Shown: piece after piece, positions 49,319 through 59,749 of the stretch
How positions within the stretch are numbered: the first letter of the stretch is position 1
How the letters are laid out: each line of letters opens with the position of its first letter
NCBI GenBank assembly: GCA_004212155.1
Contig: RXIG01000001.1
Span: 64,001 to 128,000 of the forward strand
Direction of reading: 5' to 3'
Length of the DNA: 64,000 bases
From: an archaeon
GTDB lineage: Archaea; Methanobacteriota_B; Thermococci; Methanofastidiosales; NM3
Made by a program: the position numbers and the translations under genes
Notes under the pieces: generated by a model
What the model saw: the letters and a program-made list of their open reading frames with translations, nothing else
Told to the model about the DNA's origin: nothing
The model's database searches: none

Positions 49319-49786
49319 ATGCGTAAGCTATCAAACATTTTTGGCGGGTCAGAGGAAGAAACAAGGGAAAAAAAGACCCGTCCGACCGCCGAGGCCGTGC
49401 GACAGCAATCTCAGCGCCAGCACATGGAGGATGCACCCGAGGAAGATGAGGAGTTCAGCGGACTACGGGATGTTTCGCAGGTGCGCTATGAGGAGGACAT
49501 GCTCTCAAGCGACAAGTTCTTCGACTATGGCGTCACGTACGTCAAGACGTACAAGCTCAGGAGCCTTGCCGATGTGCAAAAGGTTTCACACGAGCTCAAT
49601 GAGGGAAATATCGTCCTAGCGGACATATCAATGCTTAACGACCGCGACCCCATGGAGCTCAAGCGCACGATCGATCAGATAAAAGGCATCTGCCGCGGCA
49701 TCGGTGGCGACGTGGCCGGAATAGGCGACACGATGCATGTCATCATCACGCCATCAAACATCAAGATCTGGCGAGAGAAGGTATAG
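49319..49786 (+). CDS. sepF: Cell division protein SepF
   Basis: ELNEGNIVLADI, ELKRTIDQIK, GGDVAGIG, IITPSNIKI; AGGAGG SD. Confidence 0.92.
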   Translation: MRKLSNIFGGSEEETREKKTRPTAEAVRQQSQRQHMEDAPEEDEEFSGLRDVSQVRYEEDMLSSDKFFDYGVTYVKTYKLRSLADVQKVSHELNEGNIVLADISMLNDRDPMELKRTIDQIKGICRGIGGDVAGIGDTMHVIITPSNIKIWREKV

Positions 49787-49809
49787 CCTCCCCCAAAGGG
49801 GCGACTATA

Positions 49810-51684
49810 TCACTTTTCCACTATGGCACAAGTGCCTGGAGGCAATGCCTGGACCACCTCATCTAGGTCGTCCCAATCGAGCATTTTCTGCAATCGTTTA
49901 GCTACGTCCTCCTTGCTGCGAGGTCCCGGCACCACCCGCACGATCGTCTCGCAATTCTTTTCGACTGCGGTGATCGGTCCGCACATGACCTTGTCCTTAT
50001 AGATTCCTATCGCCACCTCAAGTGGCAGCTTCTTGAGATAGTTTTTCTTGCCCTTGATGGCAAAGGCGCCGGTGGTCAGAAACTCCCCGCTCGGGGCGTC
50101 CTTGGTGACCTGTTCGGGGTGTACCCAGTATGCATCTAGGCCACCCACCTGCATCTTCCATGCCTTAGAGAAGGAAACGGCAAAGATCCCCGCCTCGTGG
50201 AGCACGTCCTCTGACGCATTCGCCCCTTCCTTCAAGATCACCTGCGGCGCACCGGTCATGTCAGCATGCACGTGGATGTCGCCTTCCTCGAGATGTCGCT
50301 TGACGATCGATTCGTTCGAACGCGCGTCACGTCCTCCGATGACAAGGTGTCCTTCTGACGATACGAACCACCGATACCGTTCATACCACTCGCGCTTCCT
50401 GCGTTGCTTCTTCTCGACGCTCTCGACAACAACGTCCTCTTTCCGTGTACGTTCTATCGACTGCTGCGTTCGCTCAATGGCTGACCGGGCGCCCTTCATC
50501 TTGTGCTTGAACTTCTTGGCACGTTCGTAGTAGCGCTGGGCATTCTCGTTGAGCGAGCACGTGATGTCGAGTTCCACCTCCTCGCCGTCGAGTTCGACGT
50601 TGATCGTGCCCTCATGTTCGTTCATGCGCTTGACGATCGAGGAAAGCCTCTTGTCGGCGTTGACGCGGGATTGCGTCGCGTCCCATCCCTTTTCCTTGAT
50701 CGCAGTATAAAATCGTTTGATAAGCTCGTCAACGAACTGGTAATGCGCAAACAGGAGATTGCCCTTCTGCTGCGCCTGTTCGCTCTTTTTCTCGTAATCC
50801 TCTACCGTTCTCTGTTGTGTTGCCAGGATGCGTTCCAGCTTGTTGAGCTGTTTCTCCTTTTTCGATACCTCCTTTTTTGCGATCTGCTCGAGCTCGTGCT
50901 TGCCGTAGAGCTCGTCTGCGGCCTCGTTGAGTGTGGAAAACGGCTGGCGTTCCTTGCCCTCATGGACGAGCAGGTCGAAGGGCACGACATCGCCATTGAC
51001 GATCGCGGGAGAGGGTGGCAGCGCAAGCAGCGCGCGTATGCCTTCACGTACCTTGTCCGGGTCTGGGGAGTGGTCTCGCTTGTCAATGCCCGCTCGAAGG
51101 CAGATCTCCTCTGCGTAGATGCCGCCGATGTTCATCGTGTTTGCAAGCCGGCGAACGATCTCCGTCTCTCCGTCGATGAGCTCTTCTGGATCGACTTCAT
51201 ACGGGGAGCTCATGGCGGGCGGGGGCGCATATCGTTCACGGGTGGTCACCGATCGCGTGGACCACACCTTCTGCGAGAGGGCTCCGATGATCGTCAACTT
51301 CTCGTCGGTGAGAATGAGATTACCATCGCCAAATAGTTCGAGGATGACATAATACTTGGTCAGATTCTCCTCGCCGAAGAGACCGAACTCTATCTTCGCT
51401 ATCCTGTCAAATCCCACCTGCTCGATGCCGAGGATACGAAGTCCGCCCAGATGCTTGCGCAGCTGCATGGCAAATCCTGCGGGATGCTGCGGTGCTGGTT
51501 TGGGATATGACGTCGCGTAAAGGGCGATGCCAGGCTTGAGGACAAGGTCCCTACGGCCGCGGCCGTAAAGTTTGATTCGCACCTCGTCGCCTATCTTGTA
51601 GACCTTGTCGACCTTCATACCGACCATGTTATACTCATTTTTCAGTTCATCAATAATTATTTTAACATCGAAGCTCGAAAACAT
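49810..51684 (-). CDS. rqcH: Ribosome rescue factor RqcH (NEMF/NFACT)
   Basis: FAMQLRKHL, FDRI, ELFGDGN, ENAQRYY, WYERYRWF, GGRDA, HAD. Confidence 0.94.
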   Translation of the reverse strand: MFSSFDVKIIIDELKNEYNMVGMKVDKVYKIGDEVRIKLYGRGRRDLVLKPGIALYATSYPKPAPQHPAGFAMQLRKHLGGLRILGIEQVGFDRIAKIEFGLFGEENLTKYYVILELFGDGNLILTDEKLTIIGALSQKVWSTRSVTTRERYAPPPAMSSPYEVDPEELIDGETEIVRRLANTMNIGGIYAEEICLRAGIDKRDHSPDPDKVREGIRALLALPPSPAIVNGDVVPFDLLVHEGKERQPFSTLNEAADELYGKHELEQIAKKEVSKKEKQLNKLERILATQQRTVEDYEKKSEQAQQKGNLLFAHYQFVDELIKRFYTAIKEKGWDATQSRVNADKRLSSIVKRMNEHEGTINVELDGEEVELDITCSLNENAQRYYERAKKFKHKMKGARSAIERTQQSIERTRKEDVVVESVEKKQRRKREWYERYRWFVSSEGHLVIGGRDARSNESIVKRHLEEGDIHVHADMTGAPQVILKEGANASEDVLHEAGIFAVSFSKAWKMQVGGLDAYWVHPEQVTKDAPSGEFLTTGAFAIKGKKNYLKKLPLEVAIGIYKDKVMCGPITAVEKNCETIVRVVPGPRSKEDVAKRLQKMLDWDDLDEVVQALPPGTCAIVEK

Positions 51685-51744
51685 ACAAAAGCTTATTAAA
51701 TCAAACCACTTTTTATAGGTTGTCGTGTTCAGGGTGATTTGCTT

Positions 51745-52023
51745 ATGGATGAGAAAAACAGATTAGGATTATTGTTCACTGGAACGGGTGCTGTGGCAGG
51801 CATACTATCAGCATTCTTGACAAACCCTGTCCCATTGCCGCTCGTTCTTATCATCGCGTTTGGTATCTACTATGGGACAAGTTATATAACTCCCTACATC
51901 AATGTAGATATGGAGGCATACGGGGGGAGGAGAAAGATTCTGCAGACAGGAGTTTTCTCGTTCCTACAAGGCTGGTTAGTGCTTTGGTTCCTCGTATTCG
52001 AGGTCGCTGGCCTCTACTCCTAA
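51745..52023 (+). CDS. Small 3-TM membrane protein, archaeal EMC6-like
   Basis: GAVAGILSA and G..SFL.GWLVLW patterns; divergent from rqcH. Confidence 0.65.
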   Translation: MDEKNRLGLLFTGTGAVAGILSAFLTNPVPLPLVLIIAFGIYYGTSYITPYINVDMEAYGGRRKILQTGVFSFLQGWLVLWFLVFEVAGLYS

Positions 52024-52117
52024 AGTGTGCAAAAAATAATTTAAAGTTGGAAAAGGAAATATTTACGTTATTTCCTTCCAATTAAGAGAAAACTTTAAAT
52101 ATAATATTTACTACATA

Positions 52118-53083
52118 ATGAAAGGAGGAACCCCTATGGCAGATACACCGGCAGATGAACCTTCCCCAAAGAAGGAGAAGGATTCGCCATCTTCGGATGA
52201 AGCAAAAGGATCATCCACCTCTTCCATGGACAAACAGAAGGAAGAAAATAGGATCGCAGAACTCGAGAACAAGGTCAAGTCGCTCGAATCGCGTCCACAA
52301 CCACAGTACGCTGCCCATTCCAACGGTTCGGCCCTCAAGGTCATTGCCGCCATATTGGGGATTTTGTTTGTTGTTGCCACGGCGGGCGCTGTTTATTTTG
52401 CCAATGAGGCACGGATGAACGAAGACTGTGATGATAATTACAAGGAGCTTCTTGCAACCTACAACGAGCTCTCATCATCGTATTCTGTCGCACTGTCCGA
52501 GAAGCAGAGCCTGCAGAATCAGGTCGATTCCCTCAATGCGCAGATCACGAGCCTCTCCTCTCAACTGGAGGACCTGCGTGCCTCTTCGACCGGTAAGGAC
52601 GAGGAGTTAGCGTCGCTTGAATCGCAAGTGGAAGCATTGACGTCTGACCTCGAGGAAGCGGAGTCGGATCTTCATACGAAGACGCTTCGTGTCACATACC
52701 TCGAGACGCTGATTGACTCATACGAGGAACGCAACACCGAACTGGAGAACCAACTTGCAGCATGTCTTGCCGACCATGAAGAGCTGTGCGGCCTGACACC
52801 ATACATCGGCAACTTCTGGACATCACCCTCGACGTACGTCTCCCTGGCACCAGGCGAGGATGATATCGCTACACGCGAATACTACATCTACCTATGTGTC
52901 GGATGCAGCGACTGCAACGTATGTTCGTACAATCCCTGCGACCCCTGCGGCATATGCGACCCCGTATGCTGCGACTACGACGGCCCATGGGAGAAGATAC
53001 GCCTTACAGTGCGCGTGACCACAGACTTCACCGATGGCGATGAGCGACAGAAAATAGAGATTGTATCGTGGAAATGGGTGTAA
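52118..53083 (+). CDS. Single-pass membrane coiled-coil protein with Cys-rich C-terminal domain
   Basis: TM ALKVIAAILGILFVVATAGAVYF, long heptad region, CVGCSDCNVCSYNPCDPCGICDPVCC. Confidence 0.8.
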   Translation: MKGGTPMADTPADEPSPKKEKDSPSSDEAKGSSTSSMDKQKEENRIAELENKVKSLESRPQPQYAAHSNGSALKVIAAILGILFVVATAGAVYFANEARMNEDCDDNYKELLATYNELSSSYSVALSEKQSLQNQVDSLNAQITSLSSQLEDLRASSTGKDEELASLESQVEALTSDLEEAESDLHTKTLRVTYLETLIDSYEERNTELENQLAACLADHEELCGLTPYIGNFWTSPSTYVSLAPGEDDIATREYYIYLCVGCSDCNVCSYNPCDPCGICDPVCCDYDGPWEKIRLTVRVTTDFTDGDERQKIEIVSWKWV

Positions 53084-53122
53084 CTTTTTTAATACCCTTT
53101 CTTTTCTTTTCTATTGATTACT

Positions 53123-54952
53123 ATGCGAATCGCTGTAGTTGAGTACGATAAGTGCAAACCGAAGAAGTGCTCGTATGAGTGCCAGACGTTCTGTCCAGGC
53201 GTGAGGATGGGCGAGGAGACTGTCGTCATCAGCGACGATAACAAGAAACCCATCATATCCGAAACACTTTGTTCGGGGTGCGGTATCTGCGTTCACAAGT
53301 GCCCATTCGGTGCTATCCACATCATCAACCTTCCCGAGGAGCTCGAGGAACCGGTCCACCAGTTTGGCCCAAACTCGTTTCGCCTCTACCGCCTTCCCGT
53401 CCCGAAGGAGAACTCCGTGCTGGGGATCATAGGCCCAAACGGCGTGGGAAAGACCACGGCCATCAAGATCCTTTCCGGCGAGATCGTTCCCAATCTTGGC
53501 AACTATGACGAGTTCTCCTCGTTGCTCGGCACGTTCTCGCAACACACGATATCAAGGGGGGAGCGCGCGCGCCAGTACGACATCATCGCACGTTACTTCC
53601 GCGGCTCAGAGCTTCAACCCTACTTTGAAAAGCTTCAGGAAGGCGAGCTCAAGGTCGTCTCCAAGCCGCAATACGTTGACAAGATCCCCAAGGTCGTCTC
53701 GGGCACCGTCGAGGAGGTCATAAACAAGGTCGACGAACGCAACATGGCAGACGGCCTCTTCGATGAGTTCGGCATGGAAGAGGTGCGCGAACGCACGCTC
53801 GAGGACCTCTCAGGCGGCGAGCTTCAGCGTCTGGCCATCATGGCCGCCATCGTGCGTGATGCAGACGTCTACTACTTCGACGAACCCTCGTCATACCTTG
53901 ACATCTACCAGCGTCTCAACGTCGCCCGCGTCATACGGCGCCTTTCAAAGGACAAGACGGTCATCGTCATCGAACACGACCTTGCCGTGCTCGACTATCT
54001 CAGCGACCATGTCCATCTCATCTACGGACGCCCCGCCGTCTACGGCATCGTCTCATCGCCGATGGGAGTCCGCGTCGGCATCAACACGTATCTCCAGGGA
54101 TTCTTGAAGGATGAAAACGTCAGATTCAGGAACGAGGAGATCAAGTTCACCTATAAGTCACCGAAGGAGTGGTCGTCCGAGGACGTGCTCTTCGCATACC
54201 CGGAGCTTACCAAGGACTTTTCGACATTTTCTCTCTCCGTCTCGCCTGGCGAGGTCTACAAGGGAGAGGTCGTTTCGATCGTGGGTCCAAACGCCACCGG
54301 AAAATCGACCTTCGTAAAGATGATCGCAGGCGTCGAGGAACCCACGTCTGGCGACCTTTCCAGAGAGCTCGAGGTGTCATACAAGCCCCAATACATCAAG
54401 CGTGACTTTGACGGCACCGTGCGGGAGCTGCTCTTTGCCGTGGCCAAGAGCACGCTTTATGAGAGCTGGTACAAGACCGAGATCCTCTCGCCACTCCAGC
54501 TCACCATGCTGCTTGACAATCGCGTCGATGAGCTCTCAGGCGGCGAGCTCCAGCGAACGGCTATCGCCGCATGCCTATCGAAGAAGGCGGACCTCTACCT
54601 GCTCGACGAGCCGTCTGCCTATCTCGACGTGGAGCAGCGCCTCGCCATGGCAAAGACGATCAGGAGACGTATGGAAAACGAGGACACGACCGCCATCGTC
54701 GTCGAGCACGACCTCGTCACGACAGATTACATCTCGGACCGCACCATCGTATTCTCCGGCACGCCGAGCGTTGATGGCTGTGCTTCGTCGCCCATGATGA
54801 TGCGCACTGGGATGAACGACTTCCTTTCCCGCATCGACATCACGTTCAGACGGGACTCGGAGAACGGCAGGCCCCGCGCGAACAAGCGCGATAGCCAGCT
54901 CGACAGGAAGCAAAAGGACATGGGAGAGTATTACTACTCCCAGGTCAAATAG
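53123..54952 (+). CDS. rli1: Ribosome recycling ATPase ABCE1/Rli1
   Basis: N-terminal two-FeS domain (CKPKKC..C, CSGCGICVHKCP), two ABC domains, RPRANK. Confidence 0.97.
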   Translation: MRIAVVEYDKCKPKKCSYECQTFCPGVRMGEETVVISDDNKKPIISETLCSGCGICVHKCPFGAIHIINLPEELEEPVHQFGPNSFRLYRLPVPKENSVLGIIGPNGVGKTTAIKILSGEIVPNLGNYDEFSSLLGTFSQHTISRGERARQYDIIARYFRGSELQPYFEKLQEGELKVVSKPQYVDKIPKVVSGTVEEVINKVDERNMADGLFDEFGMEEVRERTLEDLSGGELQRLAIMAAIVRDADVYYFDEPSSYLDIYQRLNVARVIRRLSKDKTVIVIEHDLAVLDYLSDHVHLIYGRPAVYGIVSSPMGVRVGINTYLQGFLKDENVRFRNEEIKFTYKSPKEWSSEDVLFAYPELTKDFSTFSLSVSPGEVYKGEVVSIVGPNATGKSTFVKMIAGVEEPTSGDLSRELEVSYKPQYIKRDFDGTVRELLFAVAKSTLYESWYKTEILSPLQLTMLLDNRVDELSGGELQRTAIAACLSKKADLYLLDEPSAYLDVEQRLAMAKTIRRRMENEDTTAIVVEHDLVTTDYISDRTIVFSGTPSVDGCASSPMMMRTGMNDFLSRIDITFRRDSENGRPRANKRDSQLDRKQKDMGEYYYSQVK

Positions 54953-54957
54953 CGGAC

Positions 54958-55581
54958 CTAGAGCAACTGCGAGACATCGTTGACAATCTCGCGCGTCACG
55001 TCCATTATCGCCTTGTCGCCGCGGATGGTGCGTATACGTGCGTCGTGGCGGGTTTCGAACTCCTCGAACACGTCGATGAATTCTTTGCGTATGCGCGCCA
55101 GGGTCTCTCGCTTCTCGAAGTACTCCGTCCTGTGCCGCACGCTCCTGCGGTCCTCGCTCACGAAGGGGTCCACATCGAGGAAGAACGTCGCATCAGGGAG
55201 CAGGCAATCCCGGTTGAGCTCCTTGATCCAAGCACGGTCAAGCTCCGTTCCCTGATACGCCATGTTTGAAAAGAAGTATCTGTCGCAGATGACGGTCGTT
55301 CCCTTCTCGAGCTCAGGCACGACCTCGTTGTGAAGGTGGTCCATGCGGTCAGCTGCGAAGAGGAGCGCGAAGCTGTGGGCGGTAAGCGATATCCTATGGG
55401 TGAGCGCAAGGCGTATGACCGCGCCAGCGGGCCCATCGGTAGGCTCCTTCGTCTTGCATACCTTGTACCCTTCATGCTCGAGCGCTTCCTTGACGGCCGC
55501 GGTCTGCGTGCTGAGCCCCGCCCCGTCGATCCCTTCGATCACGATGAGCTTTCCGTCGTACGTGTTGCGTGGGAACGCCAT
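54958..55581 (-). CDS. tmk: Thymidylate kinase (variant P-loop)
   Basis: IEGIDGAGLSTQ, KEPT, LFAADR, DRYFFSNMAYQG, PD. Confidence 0.88.
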   Translation of the reverse strand: MAFPRNTYDGKLIVIEGIDGAGLSTQTAAVKEALEHEGYKVCKTKEPTDGPAGAVIRLALTHRISLTAHSFALLFAADRMDHLHNEVVPELEKGTTVICDRYFFSNMAYQGTELDRAWIKELNRDCLLPDATFFLDVDPFVSEDRRSVRHRTEYFEKRETLARIRKEFIDVFEEFETRHDARIRTIRGDKAIMDVTREIVNDVSQLL

Positions 55582-55611
55582 CTCTTCACCGTATCTTTCG
55601 ACACAGGCGCG

Positions 55612-56421
55612 TTATAAATACCTTATGTTGGTCGCCCAACCGTTGCACCAGTATCCAAGGCAGTCTCGGCACGTGTTGGCGAGCCAGAGCGCGTTGCGCC
55701 GCACGCCACGGTACCAGAACGCTGACGCCACCTGGGCTTCTGCGTTTTCGTACTTGCACGCCTTGTGCGGAATAGGGGTGTCGACATGCGCCTGGCCGAC
55801 GATGAATGACCCTAGGTCCCATGTCCTCAGATGGTATCTCTCACCGCCCCAACGGTCCTTGAAATAGTTCGAGTCCTGAGCGTACATGCGCCCTCGATAA
55901 GGGACGAAGTTGATGTTTGCCTCGTAGATGCGCCATGTGGGGCAGCGTTCCCAACCGTCGCGCCCAAGCTTTCGTGAGACCGGCCATTCGCTCCCCGTGT
56001 TGAAGACGAGATTGATGGGGTCTGCCCTGACAAAGACGGTAAATCGCAACAGCGGGGCCCCGTACGCCTCGTAGGTCCACCGGGGGTACTTGCTTGAGCA
56101 TGGGATGCCGTAGCGGGGGTCGATGATCTCGATCTCCCTGACCGAGACGCGGTCGCGTTCGGGCGGCCGTGTCGTGCTTCGTGCCGTATGGTGTAGCGCA
56201 TCGACGCCGAAGCGTTGCCGTATCGACGGACCGCTCAGCGTCGTCTTCACGATATACTCCCCATCTTCCTCGATGACCGTCCTGTCCTCGAGTACCGTAA
56301 GCTCCATGCGCGGGTTGACAAGGGGTCCCCGCGAGGTGCGAAGGTTACGTGCGGTGACAGGAAATGCGAGCAGTATCAGCAATGCTGCCACAATCAATAT
56401 CCTTCCTTTGGTATTCATCAT
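55612..56421 (-). CDS. Secreted basic hypothetical protein (LssY-C-like motifs)
   Basis: Signal peptide MNTKGRILIVAALLILLAFPVTA; DPINLVF, RYHLRTW, AHVD. Confidence 0.7.
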   Translation of the reverse strand: MMNTKGRILIVAALLILLAFPVTARNLRTSRGPLVNPRMELTVLEDRTVIEEDGEYIVKTTLSGPSIRQRFGVDALHHTARSTTRPPERDRVSVREIEIIDPRYGIPCSSKYPRWTYEAYGAPLLRFTVFVRADPINLVFNTGSEWPVSRKLGRDGWERCPTWRIYEANINFVPYRGRMYAQDSNYFKDRWGGERYHLRTWDLGSFIVGQAHVDTPIPHKACKYENAEAQVASAFWYRGVRRNALWLANTCRDCLGYWCNGWATNIRYL

Positions 56422-56534
56422 GAACGCGTTGTGCAGCAAAGAATAACTAGAATAATACGTATCTATTCCGTAGGATTGCAAAAAAGCCCTATACATTTAA
56501 ATAATTCTCCCATTAAATGGAAACACGTGATACC

Positions 56535-57848
56535 ATGGGGAATTACAAGATAATCCATGACGTCGTCCATGGGAGCATAAAGTTGGACGAGATCATGCTC
56601 GATCTCGCAAAGACGCCAGAGCTCAACAGATTGCATGGCATCAAACAGCTCGGTCTCGTCTATCTCGTCTTCCCTGGTGCCCACCATACACGATTCGAGC
56701 ATTCTCTTGGCGTGGCCCACATCGCAAGCAGGATCGCGCACGAGCTCAAGATCACCGAGCAGGAGGATACGTTCGTCAAGGCCGCAGGATTTCTCCATGA
56801 TATCGGCCACGGCCCATTCTCACACACGCTCGAATACATTTTCCATGATATGCTTGGCATCGACCACATGCAGATCACAAAAGATATCATCACAGGCGAT
56901 TACGACATCGTCGGACCAACAGCACACGACACCTGCGATGCCGACCCGATACCTGTCATCCTCGAACGGTACGGGCTCGATCCGAAGGAGGTCGCAGATC
57001 TTGTGACTGGAGGCGATCAGTCCACAGACTACCCGTGGTCCCTTCGCACATCTGAGGACGGCCAGCAGTTCATGAACGATCGCAGGTACCTTCCACAGAT
57101 CATCCATAGCCCCATCGACGCCGATCAGCTCGACTTCCTCCTGAGGGATTCGTACTACACCGGCGTGGCGCACGGAGCGGTCGACCTCGACCGCCTGCTC
57201 AAGACGATGGAGATCCATAACAACGACCTCATCGTACACCGCAAGGGCGTTGTGGCAGTCGAGGGCATGCTCGTCGCACGGGGGCTCATGTATTCCTCCG
57301 TTTACTTCCACAAGACCGCTCGCATCGCCGAGGTCATGCTCTCCCGCGCAGTAGAGTCGTTCGTTCGTGAGGCGCCCTCAGAGGAAATACCCAAGATGAT
57401 CGACGCCGACCTCATCAAGTGGATGGAAACGGGATCGGACTACTGCAAGGACATCATCGAACGCATCAGGTACCGCAACCTCTACAAGAAGGCATACATC
57501 ATCGGCCTCGAGGACCTTGATGAGGACCAGCGCACCGACCTGTCAGCCCTCGCCAATCAGCGTGAGCGCAGGCGTGTCGAGGAGGAGATATGCCGCAAGG
57601 CGCACATACCCGAAGGCAACGCACTTATCGACATCCCCGCCCCCGAGCTTCTCGTGTCCGAGCCTCGCATCGCAAAGACGAACGTCAAGATACTCGATGA
57701 CGACAACAAGGTCTCATCGCTCTCGCGATTCTCGCCGCTTGCAAGCGCGCTTCGCAAGCGCCGCGTGACGGATTGGGCGGCCATGGTGTTTTGCAACGGA
57801 AAGTATAAAAGTCAGGTTTCCAAAGTTGCGGAAAAGCTCCTTGAATGA
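56535..57848 (+). CDS. HD-domain phosphohydrolase (SAMHD1/dNTPase-like)
   Basis: IKQLG, HTRFEHSLG, LHDIGHGPFSH, DADQLDFLLRD, VYFHK. Confidence 0.92.
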   Translation: MGNYKIIHDVVHGSIKLDEIMLDLAKTPELNRLHGIKQLGLVYLVFPGAHHTRFEHSLGVAHIASRIAHELKITEQEDTFVKAAGFLHDIGHGPFSHTLEYIFHDMLGIDHMQITKDIITGDYDIVGPTAHDTCDADPIPVILERYGLDPKEVADLVTGGDQSTDYPWSLRTSEDGQQFMNDRRYLPQIIHSPIDADQLDFLLRDSYYTGVAHGAVDLDRLLKTMEIHNNDLIVHRKGVVAVEGMLVARGLMYSSVYFHKTARIAEVMLSRAVESFVREAPSEEIPKMIDADLIKWMETGSDYCKDIIERIRYRNLYKKAYIIGLEDLDEDQRTDLSALANQRERRRVEEEICRKAHIPEGNALIDIPAPELLVSEPRIAKTNVKILDDDNKVSSLSRFSPLASALRKRRVTDWAAMVFCNGKYKSQVSKVAEKLLE

Positions 57849-57865
57849 GCAGATAAGGCGAGTCT

Positions 57866-59356
57866 ATGTTCTCCCTGGTAAATCGAGTGCTTGACATCAA
57901 ACTGATACTCAAGGATCTCGGGTCCATTCTGCAAGGCATCGGCATCGTGACCATGCTCCCCATTCTTCTCTGCTACTTTTACCGTTCAGAGACCGACCTC
58001 ATCCCGTACTTTGTCATACCAGGGCTCATAGCTTTCTTCATCGGCTGGATGCTTTCACGCATCGTTGTCGAGCTTCATCTCCAGATACGCCACGCCATGA
58101 TGATTTCGTCGCTTGCATGGCTTTCAGCTGCGCTCGTGGGATCGTTTCCTCTCTACTATCTTTCTGACCTTACCTTTTTTGACGCATACTTCGAGGCGAT
58201 GTCGGCGTGGACCGGCACGGGTCTCACGATGTTTACCAATCCGCTCTCAGTTGAGGGGCTGCCACACATCCTGCTATTCTTCAGATCGCTTCAGCAGTGG
58301 GCGGGAGGCATCGGCGTCGTGCTGGTCGCCATGGTGGTGCTGATACGCCCAGGGGTATCGGCTGCTCGCCTTTATATCTCTGAGGCGCGAGCAGAGAAGA
58401 TCAAACCAACTTTCCTTGGGACTGTTCGCGTCATATGGAAGATCTACGTCCTCTATACCATTATCGGGATCGTCCTTTTCACCCTTGTAGGCATGCCATT
58501 CTTCGAGGCGGTCAACCACTGCTTTACCGGCCTTGGCACGGGCGGCATGTCGACAAAGGACAGTTCGATAGCGTTCTTTGACTCGTTCAAGGTCGAGCTC
58601 GTCGCTATCTTTCTCATGACGATGGGTGCCATCAACTTCACCATCCACTACAAGGCATTTTTCAAGGGCAAGCTGCGCGCACTCATCAAGGACGTGCAGG
58701 TGCAGGCACTATTTGTCATTACCGGGTTCATCCTGGCGGTCCTCGTCCTTGACCTGTCACAGGTCTACTATCCATTCGAGGCGGCCCGCAAGGGTCTCTT
58801 CCAGGTCTTTAGCGCGATCACGTGCTGCGGATTCTCGACAGACGTGCTTGCGAACTGGTCCGAGACGAGCAAGCTGCTCATCATACTGCTCATGATATGC
58901 GGCGGCGGCGCCGGTTCGACCGCTGGCGCGCTCAAGCTGATACGCATCGTCGTCGTGTTCAAGACGCTAAGCACCCAGATCCGTCGGGCGCTCCTGCCCC
59001 GCGGTGCCGTCGTCTCGATAAAGGTGGGAGAAACGGTCTTCAAGGACAAGGATGTCATGGAGGCGCTGCTCTTCTCACTCGTCTATATACTCTTTTTGCT
59101 GGCAGGTTCGTTCATCCTCATGTGGCTTGGCAACGGGAGCATGAACGCGTTTTTCGAGATGGCGTCTGCCCAGGGCAACGTTGGATTGTCAGTGGGCATC
59201 ACATCCGTCACTCTCGATCCGGTGGGTAAGGCCGTACTCATCCTTGGAATGTGGATGGGCCGCCTCGAGATCATACCGACGCTTGTCTTCCTGGTCAACA
59301 TGGCGCTGATCCCGTTGAAGACGCCGCGAAGGCTAAGATCGATAAAAGAAGACTGA
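57866..59356 (+). CDS. trkH: Trk potassium uptake protein TrkH
   Basis: Pore motifs TGTGLT, GTGGM, TCCGF, GNVGLS; GSTAGALK; GRLEI. Confidence 0.93.
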   Translation: MFSLVNRVLDIKLILKDLGSILQGIGIVTMLPILLCYFYRSETDLIPYFVIPGLIAFFIGWMLSRIVVELHLQIRHAMMISSLAWLSAALVGSFPLYYLSDLTFFDAYFEAMSAWTGTGLTMFTNPLSVEGLPHILLFFRSLQQWAGGIGVVLVAMVVLIRPGVSAARLYISEARAEKIKPTFLGTVRVIWKIYVLYTIIGIVLFTLVGMPFFEAVNHCFTGLGTGGMSTKDSSIAFFDSFKVELVAIFLMTMGAINFTIHYKAFFKGKLRALIKDVQVQALFVITGFILAVLVLDLSQVYYPFEAARKGLFQVFSAITCCGFSTDVLANWSETSKLLIILLMICGGGAGSTAGALKLIRIVVVFKTLSTQIRRALLPRGAVVSIKVGETVFKDKDVMEALLFSLVYILFLLAGSFILMWLGNGSMNAFFEMASAQGNVGLSVGITSVTLDPVGKAVLILGMWMGRLEIIPTLVFLVNMALIPLKTPRRLRSIKED

Positions 59357-59467
59357 CGTACTCCCACCACTGAAATAGTGGGGTTCTATGGCCGGCATGC
59401 TTCCCATCCGTTGCCATTCTGGGGTATCATTGCTCCCTCTGCCATGTCCCTTTCCAGACAGATCGAT

Positions 59468-59740
59468 TCACGCATGTGCCAACGCAATGTTGAAAGCGGC
59501 GTTGACATCCGCATGATCAACGCGCCCATATGAAGCACACGAGAACTCCTTCCCGTCCCTGTTACCCCAAGTCCCGCACCTGCTGTATCGCTGTCTGGCA
59601 TAGGAGGGGCCGGCATAGGCGACCAGCACTCCCTGCAGCATGGCCCTGTATCCTATGGGCTGCTGGAGCGGAATAGAATGGCCAGCTGTTCAGGGAGTAG
59701 TTGAACGAGCGAGCTTCTTCCTGCCCTATATGCCTGATAG
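59468..59740 (-). pseudogene. tnpB: TnpB C-terminal fragment (frameshifted, Zn-ribbon Cys lost)
   Basis: LNSWPFY, then a frameshift to GPSYARQRYSRCG..GKEFSCASYGRVDHADVNAAFNI. Confidence 0.82.
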
Positions 59741-59749
59741 GCCCCATAC

